DNA of 12,905 nucleotides from Candidatus Eiseniibacteriota bacterium (GCA_963783375.1 CAWANH010000008.1:1-12905); one strand, 5' to 3'. Counted from the stretch's first letter, positions 1 to 7,777 are shown. The notes: a model not told the origin generated them from the letters alone. Numbers and translations are program-made.

Positions 1-297
1 GTCGGAAGCCAAACCGTGATCGCCGCTGAGTCCACCATGTGCGAATACGGACTCCGTAGAAGAGGAAAAAAACGACTGGTCGTGTCGGGAATTGTACTCC
101 ACCCTCGAGGGGCGGTCCACGATCACGGGGAAGCTCCTGCCCCCATTGGGGTAAGACGCCGAGGGCGGCCGTCCGAAGCCGAGCCATCCGGGGAGGTCCC
201 GGTCGGGAGCCGGGAGGGCGCGCGTTTGGCTTCTGGGGTAAGATCGCCCCGGTTCGGGACGCCGTCGGCGCCGGTTTCCGTTCGCGTCGAGAGGGGG

Positions 298-720
298 TTG
301 GGGCTGCAACCGAGGATCGGCCGGTTTCATGGGTTCCCAGCAAAGGCGGCGGCCGCGCTGCTGCTCCTCGGGGCGTGCGCCGGGAAGAGTTCGCTCCCGG
401 GGGCCTACGAGCTCCAGTCCTACTCCCCGGAGGGGCCCTACGGGCAACCGGTGACCCGGGACGGGTTTTCGATCCGGCTTCTCCTCACTCCCGAGGCGGA
501 GTTCTCCCTGACCGTTCACGACAACGACGGTACCGAGGTGACCACCACCGGGTCCTACCAGGTCGAGGACCGCAGCCTGGTCCTGAGCGGGGACGACGAT
601 CGGGGGACCCTCCGCGTGAGCTACGTCGTGTCCCGGGACGGTCTCGTGCTCACCCTCCCTCGCGCGGAACTCGGGGTGTGGGGGATCGATGCGATCGCCT
701 TGAACTTCAAGCGCCGGTAG
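298..720 (+). CDS. Small predicted lipoprotein with a beta-rich (lipocalin-like) domain; start uncertain
   Basis: Hydrophobic AAAALLLLGA followed by Cys (lipobox LGAC, TGC at 376-378), then LPGAYELQSY...LLLTPEAEFSLT...TTGSYQVEDRSLVLS, the alternating beta-strand pattern of small lipocalin-like lipoproteins. The first ~94 codons of ORF 16..720 look non-coding. In-frame start candidates are TTG 298 and CTG 304 (GAGAGG at 289-294). Stop TAG 718-720. Confidence 0.6.
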   Translation: MGLQPRIGRFHGFPAKAAAALLLLGACAGKSSLPGAYELQSYSPEGPYGQPVTRDGFSIRLLLTPEAEFSLTVHDNDGTEVTTTGSYQVEDRSLVLSGDDDRGTLRVSYVVSRDGLVLTLPRAELGVWGIDAIALNFKRR

Positions 721-792
721 ATCCCGTCAACGTTGTAGCAGGCCCGATCCGTGCCCCCAGTCCCGCGGGGACGGGAAGGAGACACCCCGACG

Positions 793-1581
793 GTGAAATC
801 CATCGCCCGCGCTCTCGTTCCCGAGGCCCACTGGAACTTCTTGAGCTGGCACCGCGACCGGTTCGGCGTTGCCGCCTCCCTCCGGAGCTATCTCCGGTAC
901 CTGGGCGGCGGCCGGGGCCTCGCCCGGGTCGCCGCCGGTCCCGCCGGCCCGGTCTACCTACGGCCGGGGACGTCGGACCAGAGCGTCTTCGACGAGGTTT
1001 TCGTCGGGAACGAGTACGCGGTGGAGGCGGGCGACCCGCGCTACATCCTCGACGCCGGCGCCCACATCGGCCTCGCTTCGGTGTACTTCGCCTCGCGGTA
1101 CCCCAAGGCCACGGTGGTGGCGCTCGAGCCCGAGCCGTCGAACTTCGCGCTCCTGGTCCAAAACTGCGGCCGGTTCCCCTCCGTCCGCCCGGTCCAGGCC
1201 GCCCTCTGGTGCCGGCGGGCGACGCTCCGGGTGGAGAACCCGGAAGGGGCGACCTGGAGCTTTCGGGTTACCGAATCGCCGGACGGATCCGGGATCGAGG
1301 CGAAGGGGATCGAGGATCTCATGACCGCCCACGGGTTCCCGCGCATCGACGTCCTCAAGATGGACATCGAGGGCGCGGAAAGGGAAGTGCTCCGGGGATC
1401 GGATGCCTGGCTGGACAAGGTGGGTCTCCTCATCATCGAGCTCCACGACCGGTTCGCCCCGGGGTGCAGCGAAGCCCTGGACCGGGCGATCCGGGGGCGG
1501 GACTTCGAGCGGTCGGTGTCGGGGGAAAGTGTCGTGTTGAGGCGGCGGTCCCGGGCCCACGACGGGGGAGCGAAGCCGTGA
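793..1581 (+). CDS. FkbM-family (Methyltransf_21) SAM-dependent methyltransferase
   Basis: Motifs LRPGTSD..VFDEVF, ILDAGAHIG, VVALEPEPSNF, IDVLKMDIEGAE and IIELH. GTG at 793 follows AAGGAG (776-781); the ORF track start at 751 is in the same frame. Stop TGA overlaps the next GTG (GTGA 1578-1581). Confidence 0.9.
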   Translation: MKSIARALVPEAHWNFLSWHRDRFGVAASLRSYLRYLGGGRGLARVAAGPAGPVYLRPGTSDQSVFDEVFVGNEYAVEAGDPRYILDAGAHIGLASVYFASRYPKATVVALEPEPSNFALLVQNCGRFPSVRPVQAALWCRRATLRVENPEGATWSFRVTESPDGSGIEAKGIEDLMTAHGFPRIDVLKMDIEGAEREVLRGSDAWLDKVGLLIIELHDRFAPGCSEALDRAIRGRDFERSVSGESVVLRRRSRAHDGGAKP

Positions 1582-2345
1582 CCCGGATCGCGCTGACCCG
1601 CGCGGTCAGCCCGAGCCTCGCCCGCTGCGAGCTGACCCACCTCGACCGGACCCCGATCGACGTGGAGCGAGCCTCGGCTCAGCACCGGGCCTACGAGGGG
1701 TTGCTGGAGGAACTGGGTTGCCGGCTGGTGCGCCCAGCCCCCGAGCCCGACCTGCCCGACGCGGTGTTCGTGGAGGACACCGCGGTGGTTCTCGATGAGC
1801 TTGCGGTCATCACCCGGCCCGGTGCCCCGTCCCGGCGGGCGGAGACCGCGTCCGTGGCCTCCGCTCTGGCCGCCCATCGGGAGGTGGTGGCCATCGGCGA
1901 GCCGGCCACCCTGGACGGGGGGGACGTCCTGATCGTGGGGCGGCGGGTGGTCGTAGGCCGCTCGACCCGCACCAACCGCGACGGCTTCGAAGCCCTCCGC
2001 GCGATCCTGGGCCCCCGCGGGTACACGGTCGCCGCCGCGGATGTCGGCGGCTGCCTTCACCTGAAGTCGGCGATCACCCGGGTGGGGGAAGACACCTTGC
2101 TCCTGAATCCCGAGTGGGTGGACCGCGCGGCGTTTCCCGACGCCCGGTTCGTGGAGACCCACCCCGAGGAACCGGCGGCGGCCAACGCGCTCCTGGTGGG
2201 GGCGACGGTGATCTTTCCCGAGGCCTTCCCCCGGACCCGGGAGCGCCTGGAGAGGGTGGGGATCGGGATCGCGCCGGTCGACGCCTCGGAGCTGGCCAAG
2301 GCCGAGGGCGGGGTGACCTGCTGCAGCCTGGTGTTCACGGTATGA
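1578..2345 (+). CDS. ddaH: N(G),N(G)-dimethylarginine dimethylaminohydrolase (amidinotransferase/pentein superfamily)
   Basis: C-terminal 255 aa of ORF 375..2345: ALTRAVSPSLARCELTH, AQHRAY, PDAVFVEDTAV, RPGAPSRRAE, LDGGDV, CLHLKS and the catalytic-Cys motif AEGGVTCCS. GTGA overlap upstream and ATGA overlap downstream. Confidence 0.93.
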   Translation: MTRIALTRAVSPSLARCELTHLDRTPIDVERASAQHRAYEGLLEELGCRLVRPAPEPDLPDAVFVEDTAVVLDELAVITRPGAPSRRAETASVASALAAHREVVAIGEPATLDGGDVLIVGRRVVVGRSTRTNRDGFEALRAILGPRGYTVAAADVGGCLHLKSAITRVGEDTLLLNPEWVDRAAFPDARFVETHPEEPAAANALLVGATVIFPEAFPRTRERLERVGIGIAPVDASELAKAEGGVTCCSLVFTV

Positions 2346-2848
2346 GCGAGGCGGTACGTTCCATCGTGGCCGGGCTGAACCTCGCCCCCCATCCCGAGGG
2401 GGGATTCTTCCGGGAGTTCCATCGCTCGCGGCGGTCCGTGCTCCTTCCCGCCGAGCCGGGGAGCCCCGGGGGGGAGCGGAGCGCGGGAACCGGCATCTAC
2501 TACCTGCTGGGAGCGGAGGATTTCTCCGCGTTCCACCGGATCGGCGGGTCGGACGAGGTGTGGCACTTCTACGCCGGGGATCCCCTCGAGCTTCACCTGC
2601 TCCGAGAGGACGGCCGGCACGAGGTTCGGATCCTCCATGGGAACCTCGACCTTGGAGAACCGGCGGCGGTGGTTGAAGCGGGGTCCTGGCAGGCCGCCCG
2701 TCCCCGGAAGGACGGCCGGTTCTCCCTGGTCGGGTGCACGGTTTGCCCCGGGTTCGATTACGCGGACCACGAGATGGCGGAGCGGGAGGATCTGGCGCGC
2801 CGGTTCCCGCGGCACGCCGCGCTCATCCGAGAACTCACCCGGCCTTGA
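2342..2848 (+). CDS. Cupin_5 / DUF985 (YML079W-like) cupin
   Basis: LNLAPHPEGGFFRE, TGIYYLL, FSAFHRI.SDEVWHFYAGDPL, GSWQAA and SLVGCTVCPGFDY are diagnostic DUF985 motifs. ATG 2342 overlaps the DDAH stop (ATGA). Confidence 0.92.
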   Translation: MSEAVRSIVAGLNLAPHPEGGFFREFHRSRRSVLLPAEPGSPGGERSAGTGIYYLLGAEDFSAFHRIGGSDEVWHFYAGDPLELHLLREDGRHEVRILHGNLDLGEPAAVVEAGSWQAARPRKDGRFSLVGCTVCPGFDYADHEMAEREDLARRFPRHAALIRELTRP

Positions 2849-2857
2849 GCGGGACGC

Positions 2858-2882
2858 GGGCCCCGGTCCATACTGGGGCTTT
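2858..2882 (+). terminator. Possible weak intrinsic terminator hairpin after the cupin gene
   Basis: GCCCCGGT (2860-2867), loop CCAT, ACTGGGGC (2872-2879): an 8-bp stem with one G-U pair, followed by only TTT. Confidence 0.35.
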
Positions 2883-2936
2883 CCGGGCGGGCCGCGCGCG
2901 GAGTCCACGGGTTCGAATCGAGTCGACTCATCGCGA

Positions 2937-2942
2937 AGGAGG
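2937..2942 (+). promoter_or_regulatory. Strong Shine-Dalgarno AGGAGG for GTG 2951
   Basis: Perfect AGGAGG 8 nt upstream of the GTG at 2951, which opens a signal-peptide-like reading frame. Confidence 0.75.
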
Positions 2943-2950
2943 AAGATCCG

Positions 2951-3906
2951 GTGCGATTGACGAAACGGATGGCGGTCGGAGCGGTAGGGTTGCTTCTTCT
3001 GGTTTCGGCGGCTGCGCGCCAAAGGCGCTGACCCCGGGCGAGGGCACCATCCCGGTCACCGGGGGCAAGGTCTGGTACCGGATCGTGGGGACCGGGAAAG
3101 GCACGCCGCTTCTCGTCCTGCACGGAGGCCCGGGAGTTCCCAGCTACTATCTCAACCCGCTGGCCGCCCTCGGCGACGACCGGCCGGTGGTCTTCTACGA
3201 CCAGCTCGGGTGTGGCCGCTCCGACCAGCCCGCCGACACCAGCCTGTATACCGTGCAGGGTTACGTGGAGCGGTTGGGACAGGTACGAAAGGCCCTGGGT
3301 CTCGACAAGGTGGACATTTACGGGCACTCCTGGGGTTCCATGCTTGCGGTGGATTACATGCTGACCCAGCCCAGGGGCGTCGGGAAGCTCATCCTGGCCG
3401 GGCCCGCTCTCAGCATCCCCCGCTGGGTCCACGACGCGGACAGCCTCCTCACCACCCTCCCCGACTCGGTCCAGGAGGTGATCCGCCGGAACGAGGCGGC
3501 GGGAACCACCGACTCCCCCGAATACCAGAACGCGGTCGGCGCGTTCTACACGGAATACCTCTGCCGACTCCAGCCCTGGCCCGCCGACGTCGACAGCTCC
3601 TTCGCTCGGATGGGCGAGCTGGTCTACACCTACATGGAGGGGCCGAGCGAGTTCACCATCTCCGGGACCCTCAAGCACTACGATCGCACCCAGGACCTGG
3701 GGAGGCTCCATCTCCCGACGCTGTTCATCGTGGGGCAGTACGACGAGGCCGTTCCCTCCACCGCGGAGTACTACCGGAGCCTGGTGCCGGGATCGAAACT
3801 GGTGGTGATCCCGGGGGCCGCCCACCTGGCCATGCAGGACAAGCCCAAGGAATACGTGGAGGCGCTTCGGAGCTTCCTGGACAGAACCGACGCGGGGGCC
3901 AACTGA
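2951..3906 (+). CDS. pip: Proline iminopeptidase / L-amino acid amidase family alpha/beta hydrolase (peptidase S33), predicted lipoprotein; apparent 1-nt frameshift near 3003-3005
   Basis: GKVWYRIVG, LLVLHGGPG, FYDQLGCGRS, nucleophile GHSWGSML, MEGPSEF, GQYDEA and AAHLAM. The signal peptide MRLTKRMAVGAVGLLLLV starts at GTG 2951 in another frame. One extra T in GGTTTC joins it to FGGC-APK (lipobox). Confidence 0.88.
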
Positions 3907-3927
3907 CCGTCCGGGCGGGGAGGGACG

Positions 3928-4233
3928 ATGACGTCGGAGGAACTGGCGCACCGGCTGGCAGGAGGGGAAGTCGTTCGGCTCCCCGCCGCGGCTTGGGACG
4001 CGATCGCGGGATCTTTCGAGGAGGTCGAGCGTCACGACACGAAGATCGCCGGCGACATCGTGATTCTGAGATTGGAGGCCGGGCTGGCCGCGGTGGAGGA
4101 ACCGGCCGCGGGAGAGCGGGTGGTCCGCCGGCTGAGCGACGGGGAGGCGGTCCGCCGCTTCATCGAGGGGCGGATGGAATCCTACGATCGCATGTGGGAT
4201 GGGTGCGGATGCCGGATCGACTACGACGTTTGA
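3928..4233 (+). CDS. Small acidic hypothetical protein with C-terminal YDRMWDGCGCRIDY motif
   Basis: ATG 3928 follows GGGAGGG, composition is globular and protein-like, and the ORF fills the gap between two clear genes. Confidence 0.8.
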   Translation: MTSEELAHRLAGGEVVRLPAAAWDAIAGSFEEVERHDTKIAGDIVILRLEAGLAAVEEPAAGERVVRRLSDGEAVRRFIEGRMESYDRMWDGCGCRIDYDV

Positions 4234-5165
4234 AGCTGGCTTCCTCCCTGGGAACCGGTCTCCTTGTCCTGGGTCTGGGCGCGGGATGCGAATCGGACGC
4301 CGAGCGGGAGCGGTCCGGGAAGAAGGGGGCGGACTCCTCCCCGACGGCCGGCCTGGTCGATGTCGGAGGCCACCGGCTGGCGGTGCGCGCGCTGGGAAAG
4401 GGCTCCCCGACGGTGGTCATCGATTCCGGGCTCGGGGAGACCTGGGAGGGGTGGCAATCCCTGGCCGAGAGGATCTCCGCGCGGGCCACGGTATGTCTCT
4501 ACAACCGGGCCGCCTACGGCCGGAGCGAGCCGGGGCCATTTCCCCGCACCGCGTCCCGCGAGGCGGCGGAGCTCCATGCACTGCTGCAGAGGTCCGGACT
4601 CCGGCCGCCCTTCATCCTGGTGGGGCACTCCCTGGGTGGGCTGAACGCGCTGGTTTTCGCCCGGAGCAACCCGGAGATGGTAGGGGGAATGGTTCTCCTC
4701 GACCCGCCCCCCAGGGAATTCATGGCCGGCCGCCGGTTCCAGGAGCTCAGGGCGATGGCCGAGGGAAGGACCCTCGTGTTCCAGCGTAGGGCCGCGCAGG
4801 AGCGCGACGCCGGGGAGTCGGCGGCCGCCGCATTCCTCGCGACCCTGGCCTCCGAGCACGAGATGTTCCTCGCCCAGGGCGCCTCGGAGATCGAGCGGAT
4901 CACCAGCCTGGGCAGCCTGCCCCTGGCCGTACTGGCGTCGGGAAAGCCCAACCCCGAGTTCGGGGATTCCGCCGCCGCCTTCCAGGCGTTCTGGATCGAG
5001 TCGAACCGGGCCCTGTCCAGGCTCTCCACCCGGGGGCGGCTCCGGCTCGCGCCCGAGAGCACCCACGCCCTCCACCGGGACGAGCCGGCGGTGGTGCTGG
5101 AGACCATCCTCGATGTGGTCGACGAGGTTCGCCGGGACGGCGTCGATCCGGCCGGCCCCCGCTAG
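4209..5165 (+). CDS. Alpha/beta-fold hydrolase, predicted lipoprotein
   Basis: Signal MPDRLRRLKLASSLGTGLLVLGLGAG-C; VDVGGHRL, GSPTVVIDSGLG, YNRAAYGRS, nucleophile elbow LVGHSLGG, MVLLDP and catalytic His region STHALHRDEP. The alternative start TTG 4230 gives a TTGA overlap with the upstream stop. Confidence 0.88.
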   Translation: MPDRLRRLKLASSLGTGLLVLGLGAGCESDAERERSGKKGADSSPTAGLVDVGGHRLAVRALGKGSPTVVIDSGLGETWEGWQSLAERISARATVCLYNRAAYGRSEPGPFPRTASREAAELHALLQRSGLRPPFILVGHSLGGLNALVFARSNPEMVGGMVLLDPPPREFMAGRRFQELRAMAEGRTLVFQRRAAQERDAGESAAAAFLATLASEHEMFLAQGASEIERITSLGSLPLAVLASGKPNPEFGDSAAAFQAFWIESNRALSRLSTRGRLRLAPESTHALHRDEPAVVLETILDVVDEVRRDGVDPAGPR

Positions 5166-5176
5166 GAGCGCTCTCC

Positions 5177-5959
5177 ATGGCCCGAATCGTTCTCATCCAC
5201 TGGCATCCCGGGGAAGGCGAGGAAAGGGCGATGCGGTTGCGGAGGGCGGGCCATCGCGTCGACTGCCACTCCGAGCCCTCCGGCCCGTCGTTCCGAGCCT
5301 ATCGCGCAAACCCCCCCGATATGTTCGTGATCGATCTCGGCCGGCTTCCCTCCCAGGGCCGCGCGGTCGGCGTGGCGCTTCGGCAGCAGAAGGATACCCG
5401 GCACGTTCCCCTGGTGTTCATCGAGGGGGATCCGGAGAAGACGGAGCGGGTCCGCGGCCTCCTTCCCGACGCGACCTACACCGACTGGAGGCACGCGCGA
5501 GGCGCGGTCACCGCCGCCCTCCGGCATCCGCCGCGGGAACCCTCGGTGCCCGGGACCATGGACGACTACGCCGGCACCCCGCTTCCCAGGAAGCTCGGGA
5601 TCCGGGCCGATTCCACGGTCGCCCTGGCCGGGGCGCCCGCCGGGTTCGAGAAGACCCTGGGGACCCTGCCCGGCACCGCGCGCCTGAAGCGCGGCCTCCG
5701 GGGCGGCGCCGAGGTGATCCTCCTCTTCGCCCGCACCCGGGCGGAGCTTCGCCGCCGGTTCCCGGCCGCGGCCCGGGCCCTGAGGGATCGCGGCAAGCTC
5801 TGGATCGTCTGGCCCAAGAAGGCGTCCCGCCTCGCCGGCGACCTGTCGCAGACCGAGGTGCGGGCCTACGGCCTCACCCACGGGTTCGTGGATTTCAAGA
5901 TCGCGTCGGTGGACGGGATCTGGTCCGGACTCTGTTTCAGCCGGCGACCTCCATGCTGA
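5177..5959 (+). CDS. Atypical receiver (CheY-like) domain fused to a DUF3052-like domain
   Basis: The N-terminal half has receiver topology (RIVLIHW...LRRAGHRV...PPDMFVIDLGRLPSQGRAV...LRQQKDTRHVPLVFI). The C-terminal half YAGTPLPRKLGI...LWIVWPKKAS...DL....VR..GL..GFVDFKIASVDGIWSGLCF matches DUF3052. AGGAG at 5164-5168 precedes the ATG. Confidence 0.8.
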   Translation: MARIVLIHWHPGEGEERAMRLRRAGHRVDCHSEPSGPSFRAYRANPPDMFVIDLGRLPSQGRAVGVALRQQKDTRHVPLVFIEGDPEKTERVRGLLPDATYTDWRHARGAVTAALRHPPREPSVPGTMDDYAGTPLPRKLGIRADSTVALAGAPAGFEKTLGTLPGTARLKRGLRGGAEVILLFARTRAELRRRFPAAARALRDRGKLWIVWPKKASRLAGDLSQTEVRAYGLTHGFVDFKIASVDGIWSGLCFSRRPPC

Positions 5960-6795
5960 AGACCCTGGCCCGGGCCCGTCGGATCCTGCGCTCTCCGCTT
6001 CCCGGGGACCTCAAGCGGTCGGTGCTCCGCACGCACCTCGCGCTGGCCGGGGCTCCGGGCGGGAACGGGCCCTCGACCCGGAACATCGTGGGCTACCGGG
6101 TGAAGTTCCACGATCTCTCCACCCTTCGCTTCCTCTTCGACGAGACCTTCGTGGAACTCCAGTACTACTTCCGCGCCCCCACCGATGCTCCGCTGGTGCT
6201 GGACTGCGGGAGCAACCTCGGCATGTCGGTCCTCTTCTTCAAGCGGCTCTATCCCCGGGCGCAAATCATCGCGTTCGAGCCCGAACCCTCGGCCTTCCGG
6301 CTCCTGGAGGAAAACCTGGCCGTGAACCATGTCGAGGGCGTCGTGCCCCATGCCGTGGCCCTGGGGGCCGGGGAAGGCGAGGCGGAGCTCTATTTCGACC
6401 CGAACCGACCCGGCTCGCCCCTGGCCAGCACTCTCCGTGGTCGCATCACCAGGGAATCCGTCCGGGTCCCGGCGGCGCGGCTCTCCAGCTTCATCACCGA
6501 CGAGGTGGATCTGGTGAAGCTCGACGTGGAGGGGGCGGAGTGGGGGGTGCTGGAGGACCTGGTGGGTTCGGGCGCGGCGGGGCGCGTGCGGCGGATGATC
6601 ATCGAGTACCACCACCACATCGAGAGGAAGGAAGACGCGCTGGGCGATTTCCTGAACCTCCTGGCCCGGGGCGGCTTCGGCTACCAGGTGGCCGCCTACT
6701 ACGACGCGCCCGCGAAGGAGCCCGCCGAGCCCGTGTATCAGGACGTCCAGATCTACGCCTATCGACGCGCGGACGGACCCGGAATCGGATCGTGA
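5953..6795 (+). CDS. Second FkbM-family SAM-dependent methyltransferase
   Basis: C-terminal 280 aa of ORF 5113..6795: LFDETFVELQYYF, VLDCGSNLG, IIAFEPEPSAF, VDLVKLDVEGAE and MIIEYHH. ATG 5953 overlaps the upstream gene by 7 nt. Confidence 0.9.
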   Translation: MLKTLARARRILRSPLPGDLKRSVLRTHLALAGAPGGNGPSTRNIVGYRVKFHDLSTLRFLFDETFVELQYYFRAPTDAPLVLDCGSNLGMSVLFFKRLYPRAQIIAFEPEPSAFRLLEENLAVNHVEGVVPHAVALGAGEGEAELYFDPNRPGSPLASTLRGRITRESVRVPAARLSSFITDEVDLVKLDVEGAEWGVLEDLVGSGAAGRVRRMIIEYHHHIERKEDALGDFLNLLARGGFGYQVAAYYDAPAKEPAEPVYQDVQIYAYRRADGPGIGS

Positions 6796-6877
6796 TAGAC
6801 TCGCCACCCGGCCCCCGCCCGGCCCGGCGACGCGCCGCCGGCGGCGGCGGCCGGCTCCCCGAACCGCGAAGAAACCG

Positions 6878-7135
6878 ATGCACCTGAACCTCTGGACGGT
6901 GGCTCTCCTGGTCTTTCTCCTGAACCTCCCCTTCGGCTACTGGCGGGCAGGGGTGGTGAAGTTCTCCCGCCCGTGGTTTCTGGCCGTGCACCTCCCGGTG
7001 CCCCTGGTGATCGCCCTCCGCATGATCTCCGGTCTCGGCTTTCATCTCGCCACCTTTCCGGTCATGGTGGGGGCCTTCTTCGCCGGGCAATTGGTGGGGG
7101 GGCGGCTCAGGGTCTGGGGGAGGGCTCGTGCGTAG
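6878..7135 (+). CDS. Small integral membrane protein (about 3 TM segments), function unknown
   Basis: Three hydrophobic segments with the conserved-looking motif LNLPFGYWR....KFSRPWFLAVHLPVP. Confidence 0.8.
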   Translation: MHLNLWTVALLVFLLNLPFGYWRAGVVKFSRPWFLAVHLPVPLVIALRMISGLGFHLATFPVMVGAFFAGQLVGGRLRVWGRARA

Positions 7136-7195
7136 GCGGGCGCGCGTTCCCCGAGGCCTCGGAGGGGGAACACCGGGGCGCGGACGGAGCGCGGC

Positions 7196-7777
7196 GTGAA
7201 CCGGGTGTGCGTGTTCGCCGGGTCCGCCGCGGGCCGGCGCGCGTCGTACGCCCGGGCCGCGGAGGCGCTGGGCGAGGCGCTCGTCGAGCGCGGGATCGGG
7301 CTGGTGTTCGGAGGCGGGCGGGTCGGCCTCATGGGGGTCCTGGCCGACCGGATGCTGGCCGGCGGGGGAGAGGTGATCGGGGTGATCCCCGACGCGCTCA
7401 TGCAGCGCGAGGTCGGCCATCGCGGGGTGACCGAACTTCGGGTGGTGGACTCCATGCACGAGCGGAAGGCGACCATGGCCGAACTTGCCGACGGGTTCAT
7501 CGCCCTACCCGGTGGGAGCGGCACCCTCGAGGAGCTGTTCGAGGTCTTCACCTGGGCGGTGCTCGGCATTCACGGGAAGCCCTTCGGGCTCATGAACGTC
7601 GATGGGTACTACGATTCCCTGGTGGCGTTCCTGAACCACGCGGTGGAGGAGGGGTTCCTCCAGGCTCGATACCGGTCCATGCTCTTCGTGGGAACCGATC
7701 CCGCCGACCTCCTGGATCGCTTCAAGGGCTACCGCCCGCCGGAGACGGTCAAGTGGACCGAACGACCCGGGATTTGA
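7196..7777 (+). CDS. LOG-family nucleotide 5'-monophosphate phosphoribohydrolase (TIGR00730-type)
   Basis: VCVFAGS, LVFGGGRVGLMG, VIGVIP, SMHERKATM and the signature FIALPGGSGTLEELFE (PGGxGTxxE). GGAG precedes GTG 7196. Confidence 0.95.
   Translation: MNRVCVFAGSAAGRRASYARAAEALGEALVERGIGLVFGGGRVGLMGVLADRMLAGGGEVIGVIPDALMQREVGHRGVTELRVVDSMHERKATMAELADGFIALPGGSGTLEELFEVFTWAVLGIHGKPFGLMNVDGYYDSLVAFLNHAVEEGFLQARYRSMLFVGTDPADLLDRFKGYRPPETVKWTERPGI

Noticed and set aside
1-290. Divergent minus-strand gene start or promoter at the left edge (A7 run at 66-72, TACAAT on the minus strand at 91-96)
   Set aside because: All three minus frames are open over the first ~90 nt and none is recognisable. There is too little context to call a gene or promoter.
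375-1577. N-terminal 401 codons of ORF 375..2345 as part of DDAH
   Set aside because: Arg/Pro/Gly-rich shadow frame over two better genes. DDAH homology starts at GTG 1578.
2907-2925. tRNA T-loop-like GGTTCGAATC
   Set aside because: The flanks do not form a T-stem (ACGGG vs CGAGT), and no acceptor stem, anticodon arm or CCA can be built.
3210-4208. N-terminal extensions of ORFs 3210..5165, 5113..6795, 2114..2848 and 2734..3906
   Set aside because: These are alternative-frame read-throughs typical of high-GC DNA. Family motifs begin only at the starts annotated above.
4231-4233. Selenocysteine read-through of the TGA after the CGC motif
   Set aside because: The TGA is not at a Cys-equivalent motif position, I see no convincing SECIS, and it overlaps the next gene's start region like an ordinary coupled stop.
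6834-6847. GC palindrome CGCCGCCGGCGGCG in the spacer after the second FkbM gene
   Set aside because: Pure low-complexity GC with no U-tract and no second copy, so it is expected by chance at this composition.
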